Shown: one piece after another, positions 20,221 through 28,752 of the stretch
How positions within the stretch are numbered: position 1 is the stretch's first letter
How the letters are laid out: the number at the start of each line of letters is the position of its first letter
Assembly (NCBI GenBank): GCA_036170915.1
Contig: JAVHQC010000036.1
Coordinates: forward strand, 192,001-256,000
Length of the DNA stretch: 64,000 nucleotides
Direction of reading: 5' to 3'
From: Cyanobacteria bacterium auto_48_18
Lineage (GTDB): Bacteria; Cyanobacteriota; Vampirovibrionia; Obscuribacterales; Obscuribacteraceae
The notes under the pieces: generated by a model
Told to the model about the DNA's origin: nothing
What the model saw: the letters and a program-made list of their open reading frames with translations, nothing else
Database searches by the model: none
Made by a program: the position numbers and the translations under genes

Positions 20221-20373
20221 TTTGATTTAAGCAAAACTATTTTTAGATGGCTCAGGTACGCCAGTAAAGCACTGCAAGTATCGGCCAAGGCATTTGCAGG
20301 TTGAACTAGACTAATGGAGCCATTCGCCATAAATTTGCCTCATAAGCCACATATTCTCATATAATGTTCGAGT

Positions 20374-20446
<73 letters not shown>

Positions 20447-20489
20447 AATTTTAAAATCTGTAAAGCCTAAAGTTGAAAGAAGAGACTGC

Positions 20490-21536
20490 ATGACAATCGC
20501 TCGTTCCATCCAAATTGCTGCAGCTTCGATCATAACCCTGATAGCCCTTCTGCCGTCAGCCGAGGGAGCAGCGCCCGACAACGAATATAACGAAGGCTTG
20601 AAGGCTTACGCAGCTAAAAATTACCAAGCAGCGTCAGAACATTTTGGCAAGTCAATTCAAAACGGCAATAAGTCTGCTGCAGTATGGTTGTACAGCGGTC
20701 ACTGCTTTGTTGCTCTGGGGCAAATTGCGCGAGCCAATCAAACATACGAAATTATCACAAAGTCATTTAAGGGCACAGAAGAAGCTAAGTCGGCAGCTGC
20801 TTCGATGGAAGCTGTTAGAGCCAGAGGTGGCGCTGCAGGAAACACACCCAGCACCACCACTAGCACCGCTCCTGGTGCCTCAGCTAAGGGAACGGCTGTG
20901 CCGGTAACACCTGGCGCAGAAGGCTTAATCACTAGAATATTTATTACAGCTCCTCAGTTTTCACATAAGCCTGTCAGTCAAGCTACTATTAATGCCGCCA
21001 AGGAAGCAGTGGCCGCGCTGCCTGCTCCCTTGCGTAAAAAATTAGACGACGATGCCGAAACCCGCATTACGATCTCACCAAACATGATTGATCGCTGGCC
21101 CGAGTCTGCCAAAGATTTGCCTGAAGATAATCCGGCCCTGACTATGGCTGAATTGCCAGGTAGAATTTATGGCAAAGATATGAATGTTTATGAGCGGCCA
21201 AAGTTTCGTGGTAGCACCGCATTGAAAGATGCCAGGCCACCGAAATTTATTCGTTTGCAAGTGGGCAACATGTGTTTTCAATTATTGGACGACATGATGA
21301 CTATTTCTAAAGATCCGGCCTTGCGCAAAGAATGGGAGGCCGATAAAGAGAATGTGCCACCAGGCATGGTGGAACAGCTGGCTACCTTTATGAAAGAAGA
21401 CGACTGGGGCCCCAGAGAGACCTGCTCTGAATTGTTCGGCTCGATGATCGGCGGTTATGACGAAAATACTGAACCTCTTTATCGCTATTTTACGCGAACA
21501 AAAAAATGGCTGGCAGCAAAAATGGGTCTCAAATAA
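20490..21536 (+). CDS. Secreted TPR protein with a C-terminal zincin (ATLF/Pro-Pro endopeptidase)-like domain
   Basis: Signal peptide, TPR (YNEGLKAYAAKNYQAA...), Thr/Ala/Pro linker, C-terminal helical domain ending RET.SELF...YF..T. Confidence 0.65.
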   Translation: MTIARSIQIAAASIITLIALLPSAEGAAPDNEYNEGLKAYAAKNYQAASEHFGKSIQNGNKSAAVWLYSGHCFVALGQIARANQTYEIITKSFKGTEEAKSAAASMEAVRARGGAAGNTPSTTTSTAPGASAKGTAVPVTPGAEGLITRIFITAPQFSHKPVSQATINAAKEAVAALPAPLRKKLDDDAETRITISPNMIDRWPESAKDLPEDNPALTMAELPGRIYGKDMNVYERPKFRGSTALKDARPPKFIRLQVGNMCFQLLDDMMTISKDPALRKEWEADKENVPPGMVEQLATFMKEDDWGPRETCSELFGSMIGGYDENTEPLYRYFTRTKKWLAAKMGLK

Positions 21537-21549
21537 CTGGCAACACTGT

Positions 21550-22296
21550 TCAGATTTGTTGCTCGCGCTTTAGAGTTTCGAACCAGACACGTCTAATTTC
21601 ACTAGCACCAAGATAGCTGGGCTCAATGGGCTGCAGCGGGCAATACCAGAAGTTATCTTTATGACCGCATTCGGCCCCGTGACCCTGAAAATGCGAATAG
21701 ACGTCAGCTAAGATGGCCTTCTGCCTCCTGGCGCACGACGCAATAAAGATATTAAATTGCTCGATAAAAGTAACTGGCAGTGTTCCTGTTCCCATAGTTG
21801 TAGAAGGTAAGATACCGGTACCATCTGTAGGGTCATAAAGGGTAGTCAACAAAATTGTGCTGGCAGGAACAGTTGCCTTAATCAATTTGAGCAGCTGCAA
21901 ATAGCGCGTATGTACTTCTTGTGTGGCACTGGTAAGCGCGCGCACATTGGTGCTGGGAATGTTCTTGAAGATGGCCAGCAGATCGTTACCACCGATAGTG
22001 AGAGTAATCAGACAATGATTAGTGGAATACTGATTCAATTGCTTGATGCGTTCTTCAAAAAGCATGTCTTCGGTGGTGGCATCATCGTAAGCGAGATTAG
22101 CAAATTTCAAACCCGGACGAATAGAAGCAAGGTCGTGACCGGCTAATTCTGGAAAGAGTTGAGATTCATTTTTATAAAGAAGTGCCGCGGCTCCAATATC
22201 TTTGCGACAATTCAAGCCGCGTCTCTCGGCGTCACCAGCAGGATAGTCGTCGAGGGTCATTGAATCGCCCATGGCAATATAATATTCGAATGACAA
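21550..22296 (-). CDS. SGNH/GDSL hydrolase family protein
   Basis: AMGDSM, TIGGND, YDPTDG. Confidence 0.85.
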   Translation of the reverse strand: MSFEYYIAMGDSMTLDDYPAGDAERRGLNCRKDIGAAALLYKNESQLFPELAGHDLASIRPGLKFANLAYDDATTEDMLFEERIKQLNQYSTNHCLITLTIGGNDLLAIFKNIPSTNVRALTSATQEVHTRYLQLLKLIKATVPASTILLTTLYDPTDGTGILPSTTMGTGTLPVTFIEQFNIFIASCARRQKAILADVYSHFQGHGAECGHKDNFWYCPLQPIEPSYLGASEIRRVWFETLKREQQI

Positions 22297-22328
22297 AAGC
22301 TGCTCCCAATCGTTCTTTTGCTGCTGAA

Positions 22329-22739
22329 TTACAAATCAGATTTTTTGCTTGCATCAAGGATGCAGAGCATCATTCCTACACCTTCAGCTGTATCAATCAT
22401 TGACACCGTAAAGTTAATTGGAATCTCAAGGCCTGATTTTTTTGACCCGCGCCCTACGATAATTCCGTCAGAGCAGCACTTGGCAAGCCGCGTTGCCAGT
22501 TCTTGTTCAGAATATGGCGATTGAATAAATTTGCTGATATTGCGACCGCATATATCGCGTGAGTCAAGCTCAGAAAGAATCTCGAATTGATCAGTAACTG
22601 CTTCCACGCGACCATCCATGGCAATAAAGACAACCCCAGCAGGAATCGCTCCGAGGATGCCCTTGAGACGCAACTCCATTTCATCTAATTTTTCTAGATA
22701 GGCAGAATCTTCAGGCACCACTTCAATATCACTCATCAA
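22329..22739 (-). CDS. Stand-alone PAS domain protein
   Basis: ILGAIPAGVVFIAMDGRVE...GRNISKFI...KSGLEIPI...ILD. Confidence 0.8.
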   Translation of the reverse strand: MMSDIEVVPEDSAYLEKLDEMELRLKGILGAIPAGVVFIAMDGRVEAVTDQFEILSELDSRDICGRNISKFIQSPYSEQELATRLAKCCSDGIIVGRGSKKSGLEIPINFTVSMIDTAEGVGMMLCILDASKKSDL

Positions 22740-22852
22740 TAAAACCGTTTATGTAGTTCAACATTACTACACTTCACTATTTGACGTTAGAGATATACAA
22801 TGCATAGCTCGAAGTATTGAACATAACCTTCGGCAAATCATTGGAGAAAAAA

Positions 22853-23440
22853 ATGGCGCTGACAACATCGACAATGCTGGCTTTAGGCACGAAAGCTCCA
22901 GATTTCAATTTAAAAGATGTGGTGACTAATCTAGATATTTCACTGAGCACATTTAAAGACTATAAAATTCTGTTGGTAATGTTTATCTGCAAGCATTGCC
23001 CATATGTAGTGCATATCAAAGACGAAATTTTGCGCGTATCGCGTGATTTCTCTGAACAAGATGTGGCCTTTGTAGCCATCTCCAGCAACGATGCTGTGGC
23101 TTATCCTGATGACTCACCTGAAAGCTTGAAGCAATTTGCCATCGATAATTCTTTGCCGTTTATTCTCTGTTTTGACCCCACTCAAGAAGTTGCAAAAGCT
23201 TACAGCGCCGCCTGCACTCCTGATTTCTTCCTCTTTGACAAAGCGCGCTCTCTTGTCTATCGCGGTCAGTTAGACGACAGCAGACCAGGCAACAACATTC
23301 CACTGACCGGGCACGACTTGCGCAACGCCATTGATGCCGCACTGACTGACAAAGCCCAGAGCATTGATCAAAAACCCAGTGTGGGCTGCAATATCAAATG
23401 GAAGGCCGGCAACGAACCAAGTTATTTCGCTCTCAAATAA
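22853..23440 (+). CDS. Thioredoxin-fold AhpC/TSA family protein
   Basis: LGTKAPDF, FICKHCPYV, ACTPDFFLFD, YRGQLDDSRP, PSVGCNIKW; GGAG before ATG 22853. Confidence 0.92.
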   Translation: MALTTSTMLALGTKAPDFNLKDVVTNLDISLSTFKDYKILLVMFICKHCPYVVHIKDEILRVSRDFSEQDVAFVAISSNDAVAYPDDSPESLKQFAIDNSLPFILCFDPTQEVAKAYSAACTPDFFLFDKARSLVYRGQLDDSRPGNNIPLTGHDLRNAIDAALTDKAQSIDQKPSVGCNIKWKAGNEPSYFALK

Positions 23441-23566
23441 TCTGTATATACATTTGACTGTGAATATTTATTAACTACGAAAAGCCGCTGCCAGTCGCTA
23501 TTCTAGACATGTTGTCATGTTGTGACAGCGTAACTACAAATGTGTGCAGTCAATTGTGTGTAGTCA

Positions 23567-24232
23567 ATGAATCAAGCGCGAGCTGATTTCGATCGAAAAA
23601 ATATCGATCTCAGCCAGAAAATAATTGATAACTACAGATCAGTGACGCAGACGGTGCGCCCTGATTACGTGGCATATCTGACACAAAAGTCATTTGCATA
23701 CTCTGAACGCGCTAAAGAAACTGCCCGCAATAGTGAACGCGCTCAAGCCCTGATCGAGCAAGCGATGGTCGCTCTAGTGGACAGACTCTACGGTCTTCTT
23801 GAAGCCTACACACAAGAAATTAATCGCGTAAATTGCGCCCAACAACTTCACCTTACTTGCGTTGCGCCAAGTCGCCCCAGTGAAGCGCTTGAGCTGAACA
23901 GACAGCGCCAGGCATCTAAAACAACCAGTTTTTATCGCACAAGATTTTCCACAAGCAAGTTTAGTTTAGTCATTCGCGGCATGCAGAATCGTGTGGAATT
24001 TTTCCTGATTGCTGCAGATAGAGTCATGGGTCTATCTCATGAAGAGTCTCGCTATGAGCCGCTCATGGTTTTTGAAGCAGAAGTAGAATTAGACGCGGCG
24101 AACGGTACTTGTGAGCTAAACTGGATGGTGGAGAATAAAAATCTCACAGCCGATCGTTTTGAACGATACAGCTTGCTCGCGCTTGAACATCTGATCGATA
24201 GAACGCAAGAAGAGCTAGGCGGCCTCACATAG
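23567..24232 (+). CDS. Hypothetical protein (paralog of 30822-31928)
   Basis: 221-aa ORF; shares YR.R.ST...L..RG...F.I core with 30822. Confidence 0.75.
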   Translation: MNQARADFDRKNIDLSQKIIDNYRSVTQTVRPDYVAYLTQKSFAYSERAKETARNSERAQALIEQAMVALVDRLYGLLEAYTQEINRVNCAQQLHLTCVAPSRPSEALELNRQRQASKTTSFYRTRFSTSKFSLVIRGMQNRVEFFLIAADRVMGLSHEESRYEPLMVFEAEVELDAANGTCELNWMVENKNLTADRFERYSLLALEHLIDRTQEELGGLT

Positions 24233-24249
24233 AGAAGCTATCACAGTCT

Positions 24250-25107
24250 TTGCTTGCTCACCTTAACTATCTCGCCATGGAAATTGGCGAGCGCAACATA
24301 CACAACCCGGGTTCTCTGACAAAAACTGCCGACTACATCTTGCAGCAGTTTGAAAGTTGTGGAATGGCTGCAGAACTGGATCAATTCGAATTTCAAAAAA
24401 CAGAATTCGCCAATGTGATTTTTAGACTTCCAGGCACCGTTGCAGCAGATCAAATTATTGTTGTTGGCGCCCACTATGATTCTGTACCGGGCTCACCTGG
24501 GGCAAACGACAATGGCACAGGTGTGGCTGCGCTCCTCACCATTGCCGAATTGATTAAAGACTGTGCGCTAGAAAAATCGATTCATTTCGTCGCATTCGTC
24601 AACGAAGAGTCACCGTATTTTGCCGGCGATGGCATGGGCAGCCTAAATTATGCTCGCAGGTGCCGCGCGCGCAATGACAAAATAAGTGCAATGTTTTCGC
24701 TGGAGACCATGGGCTACTACAGCAGCGAGCCAGGAAGCCAAAGTTATCCCCCAGGCGTGAGCGGCTATCCAGATCAGGGTGACTTTATTGGCTTTGTCAG
24801 TAATTTGGCTTCAGCGAGCCTGCTAAGGCAAAGCACCGAGATTTTCGCCAATCATTCCAGTTTTCCCTTTCAGGCCATTGCCGCACCGGAAAGCGTAGCT
24901 GGTGTCTCGTTGTCTGACCACATGTGCTTCTGGCAAATGAATTATCCGGCCATTATGATCACTGATACTGCGCCCTTTCGCTATCCGCATTACCACACGG
25001 CTGAAGACCTTCCAGACAAAATCAATTTGCCAATGTTTACAGAACTGGTGAAGAACTTAGCTAAAACCTTTGCCGTACTTGCCGGAAGTAGCATCAAAGG
25101 GCTATAA
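24250..25107 (+). CDS. M28 family metallopeptidase
   Basis: GAHYD, GANDNGTG, NEE, SDH, HYHT; start uncertain. Confidence 0.92.
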   Translation: MLAHLNYLAMEIGERNIHNPGSLTKTADYILQQFESCGMAAELDQFEFQKTEFANVIFRLPGTVAADQIIVVGAHYDSVPGSPGANDNGTGVAALLTIAELIKDCALEKSIHFVAFVNEESPYFAGDGMGSLNYARRCRARNDKISAMFSLETMGYYSSEPGSQSYPPGVSGYPDQGDFIGFVSNLASASLLRQSTEIFANHSSFPFQAIAAPESVAGVSLSDHMCFWQMNYPAIMITDTAPFRYPHYHTAEDLPDKINLPMFTELVKNLAKTFAVLAGSSIKGL

Positions 25108-25115
25108 CTACTTCC

Positions 25116-25736
25116 ATGGATTTCTTTGGCACAAAAAATACACCCGTATCTACTGACGCAGTGGCACAGTGGCTAGTCGACGCCCTTGTAGATGCCGAAA
25201 TCGAAAGTGATGAAGAAGAAGGTACCGGCGTCTGGTCACAAATCGCACTTTATCTCGACAATGGCGAGCCTGTGGCCGAAGTAGACCGCTTCGTTAGAGG
25301 TGATGAAGACTTTCATGAATATTTGGCCGATGTTGTGCGCATGCTTTTAGATGATGCTGAGCCAGTGATGCCCCATTCGGCCGTGCGCTGGCTCTGTCAG
25401 TATATGCACCAGGTGCAAGTGATTTATAGTTTTAAGCCACATCAAGCGCTCTATGACGAAAAGGGCTGGGCCATTTTCAATCAAGTCTGGACCAACCTGA
25501 AGAAATTAGAGCCAGGTATCGTGCATACTCAAGCTGAAGGCTTTACTAATGAGTCAGGCGACCAGATTACCTGGGAATTTCCCAAAGGTTCAGTCGGTGA
25601 CTGGAAAATGGCTGTGCTGAACGACGAAAATGATTGGGTCAAATTTACAATGGACCTTGCCAACCTGGAACAGCGTCAGTCATTTCAGGCCGGGAGGCTG
25701 CCGGATAATGTTGTCACAGCAGACATCGTCAAATAA
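25116..25736 (+). CDS. Acidic hypothetical protein
   Basis: 206-aa ORF 8 nt downstream of the peptidase stop. Confidence 0.75.
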   Translation: MDFFGTKNTPVSTDAVAQWLVDALVDAEIESDEEEGTGVWSQIALYLDNGEPVAEVDRFVRGDEDFHEYLADVVRMLLDDAEPVMPHSAVRWLCQYMHQVQVIYSFKPHQALYDEKGWAIFNQVWTNLKKLEPGIVHTQAEGFTNESGDQITWEFPKGSVGDWKMAVLNDENDWVKFTMDLANLEQRQSFQAGRLPDNVVTADIVK

Positions 25737-25748
25737 CCTTTGCTTTCA

Positions 25749-25774
25749 GGCGGGGATCTAGAGTCGTCCCCGCC
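25749..25774. terminator. GC-rich hairpin between convergent genes
   Basis: GGCGGGGAT-N8-GTCCCCGCC. Confidence 0.55.
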
Positions 25775-25797
25775 AACTTCGAAGGTTTCAGTCAGGT

Positions 25798-26136
25798 TTA
25801 GGCGCTGACCATAATAGGCATTGCTTCTTCGTCTTGTTCGCGATGAATTTCGCTAATCAAATAGCGCAGTTCTTTAATATCACCACTAATCTCAGCTTGC
25901 TGCAGAGTCAATAAGTTGAGTAAGCGATTGAAAGAAGTCAAAGCATCGTCGTGTTTGTCGATAGCAAATTGTGTCATGCCGAGATTGTAGATGTAGGGTA
26001 CAAGTTCGAATGACTCTTCACCAATTTCTTTTGATTTCAGCACAAGGGCTTTTTTGTAGAGCTTTTCTGCTTCTACATAGTTACCCTTTTCTTCGTGAAG
26101 TTCCGCTCTTTCCGAAACGTCTGCTGAATTTCTCAT
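25798..26136 (-). CDS. Small TPR protein
   Basis: KGNYVEAEKLYKKAL...YNLG; AGGAG RBS. Confidence 0.85.
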   Translation of the reverse strand: MRNSADVSERAELHEEKGNYVEAEKLYKKALVLKSKEIGEESFELVPYIYNLGMTQFAIDKHDDALTSFNRLLNLLTLQQAEISGDIKELRYLISEIHREQDEEAMPIMVSA

Positions 26137-26842
26137 GATGTTCTCCTAGTATTACCGACAGTGGCACACACCATCGACGTGGCAAGGCCAACGTAGTTGA
26201 TGTAGTCAGTCGAATATTGGTTGTGTGGTATTTAAGCAGAAACCAAAATCGTGTTTTTGTCTGGTTAGACGAACAGCTCTGAAAGAGTGGCTGATGAAGC
26301 ATCTCTTGCAGTTACCACAACACAGGGAGCCAGGCATTCGGGCTTCAGAAGAAGGTGCCGAGCTAGGTGCGTATGGAGTTCGATTTCGTTTCTATGCAAA
26401 CATCATAAGCCCGGTCTCACACTTAACGCAATACGTCATGAATGATGCACTTTATATAACGGCGCTATATACAAGTCTGGAAAGGCAAACAGTGTCAACC
26501 TCATGAAAACGCCCACTATCAAGCCTCGCAGATGCGTCAAGATAAATTCTTCAAATACGTCACAGAGTTAGGGTTTCCAAAAGCTTAAATCACAAGCGCT
26601 AAAGATCCGCATGCTGACGGGCTTTTAAGGCGCATGACATGAACCCGACATCAAAAGCATATGCTTAATGATCCAAGTTATTGTTCAATCATCTGATTCT
26701 AAAGTGGCTGTATTATAGGGTTTCGTAGCAGAAAGCCAGAAGCGGCTGCCATGTCATCTCTTATATTGTTGCAGCTGCTTTCTTGCTATAACGGCCACAT
26801 AACACCACCTTCGTGATCCGCGACATATGTATGGAGCATTGA

Positions 26843-28240
26843 ATGACTAATCTCGCCAGCGAAGCGGCATTGGAAACGGGCGGACTGGGCGGTCACCCGC
26901 GCGGCCTGAACGTTTTATTTTTTACTGAACTGTGGGAACGCTTTAGTTATTACGGTATGCGTGCCGTACTGATGCCCTTTATGGTGGCGCCCGCGGTGCT
27001 TGGCGGGCTTGGATACACTGATGCACACGCCTCGGATATTTACGGTTGGTACACTATGAGCGTTTATCTCGCTTCGATTCCTGGTGGTCTAATAGCGGAC
27101 CGATTGATCGGAGCAAGGAAAGCAATACTAGTAGGGGGCATCGTCATAGCTCTCGGCCATTTCACTATGGCAATGCCTAACTTAGTCGGTTTCTTTAGTG
27201 GCCTCGCATTGATTGTGCTTGGTACTGGTTTGCTTAAACCAAATATAAGCACTATGGTTGGCCGCTTATATCACGCAAATGACGTCCGACGCGATGCCGG
27301 TTTCTCAATTTTTTACATGGGCATCAACTTGGGAGCAACCCTCTCACCGCTAGTCTGCGGACATTTAGCCCAAAGTGATCACTTCAAACAAGTTCTCGCG
27401 CAATATGGTTTATCAAAAGAATTGTGCTGGCATTTCGGCTTTGCAGCAGCTGGCGTCGGTATGTGTCTCGGTCTGGCGCATTTACTCTGGCACTGGCACC
27501 TACTAGATAAAATCGGTGGCAAATTTAAATGTGAAGTGCCACCGCCGGTTGAAGACGGAGTAGCAAAAAGTGATATATCCAAACCAATGTTCACCTCAGA
27601 GGAATGGAAGAAGTTGGGTGCGCTGTTGTGTCTGTTTGTATTTAACGCATTATTCTGGTCTATATACGAACAAGGCGGTTCGAGCCTTAACTTGTTTGCA
27701 GACCGATTGACTGACAATACTTTATTTGGCTTTGCCTTCCCTTCAAGCTGGCTACAATCATTTCAACCTGCCTACGTAATTGTATTAGCACCAATATTTT
27801 CGTGGTTGTGGATTAAGCTAGGCGATAAGCAACCATCTAGCCCGGCCAAATTTGCCATCGGCCTACTCTTCCTTGGTATTGGTATTGCCGTGATGGTACC
27901 GGCCGCGATACTAACTGCTCAGGGTAAAGTCAGCCCCATGTTTCTTATATCAGTATATTTTATCGAAACTATCGGCGAACTCTGCCTGAGTCCTGTAGGC
28001 CTAAGTACAGTGACCAAGCTTGCTCCCGCGCGTTTGGCCAGTCTGACCATGGGCGGATGGTTTGTTTCCATTGCTATTGGAAATAAAATGGCTGGATTTT
28101 TAAGTGGCTATTTTAAATCAGAATCAAGTGACGCCATGGCGTTCCTGTACGGAGCCATGGCAATTGCCGCCATTGGCGCAGCCGGTTTCCTTGCTACACT
28201 GACACCGTTTATCAAAAAACTCATGGGCTCAGTAAAATAA
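26843..28240 (+). CDS. POT/PTR family proton-dependent oligopeptide MFS transporter
   Basis: GHPRGL, ELWERFSYYG, GLLKPN, FSIFYMGINLG, ELCLSPVG. Confidence 0.96.
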   Translation: MTNLASEAALETGGLGGHPRGLNVLFFTELWERFSYYGMRAVLMPFMVAPAVLGGLGYTDAHASDIYGWYTMSVYLASIPGGLIADRLIGARKAILVGGIVIALGHFTMAMPNLVGFFSGLALIVLGTGLLKPNISTMVGRLYHANDVRRDAGFSIFYMGINLGATLSPLVCGHLAQSDHFKQVLAQYGLSKELCWHFGFAAAGVGMCLGLAHLLWHWHLLDKIGGKFKCEVPPPVEDGVAKSDISKPMFTSEEWKKLGALLCLFVFNALFWSIYEQGGSSLNLFADRLTDNTLFGFAFPSSWLQSFQPAYVIVLAPIFSWLWIKLGDKQPSSPAKFAIGLLFLGIGIAVMVPAAILTAQGKVSPMFLISVYFIETIGELCLSPVGLSTVTKLAPARLASLTMGGWFVSIAIGNKMAGFLSGYFKSESSDAMAFLYGAMAIAAIGAAGFLATLTPFIKKLMGSVK

Positions 28241-28267
28241 ACTTCGATAACTCAAACGAGAAAAATA

Positions 28268-28735
28268 ATGGCATCCAACGATTTAGATTCACCAAAACAA
28301 CTCTACTTAGACGACTTCAAAGTCGGCGCGGTTTTTACAAGCGACACTCTCAACATTTCAACAGAACAGATTATAGAATTTGCTCGTCAGTTTGATCCAC
28401 AACCTTTTCATACCGATGAACAGGCAGCCAAAGATACTTTTTTCCAAGGCCTGGCCGCCAGCGGCTGGCACACGGCGTCTTTGACAATGTCACTATTGGT
28501 AAGAAGCGGATTTCCATGTGCTGGAGCACTTGTAGGCCTCGGCGCCGACGTTAAATGGCCTATTCCCACAAGGCCAGGCGATAGCCTACACGTAGAGACA
28601 GAGGTGTTGGAGATTAAGGCCTTGCGATCTAAACCTGACAAGGGCATTATTACTTTACGCTGTAGCACCATCAATCAAAATAACGAAGCCGTGCAGATTA
28701 TGGTGACGAAGGTTTTAATTCCGAAGCGGGCTTGA
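28268..28735 (+). CDS. MaoC-family dehydratase
   Basis: FARQFDPQPFHTD, GLAASGWHT, PTRPGD. Confidence 0.92.
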   Translation: MASNDLDSPKQLYLDDFKVGAVFTSDTLNISTEQIIEFARQFDPQPFHTDEQAAKDTFFQGLAASGWHTASLTMSLLVRSGFPCAGALVGLGADVKWPIPTRPGDSLHVETEVLEIKALRSKPDKGIITLRCSTINQNNEAVQIMVTKVLIPKRA

Positions 28736-28752
28736 AATGGACATTTAAAGCA

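Noticed and set aside
26230..26312. Hammerhead ribozyme or fluoride riboswitch (GAAAC...CTGATGA)
   Set aside because: Stems I and II cannot pair next to the core, and the fluoride 5' GAUGG element is absent
26225..26506. 93-aa plus-strand ORF in the intergenic region
   Set aside because: No RBS or recognisable motif; overlaps the putative leader of the TPR gene
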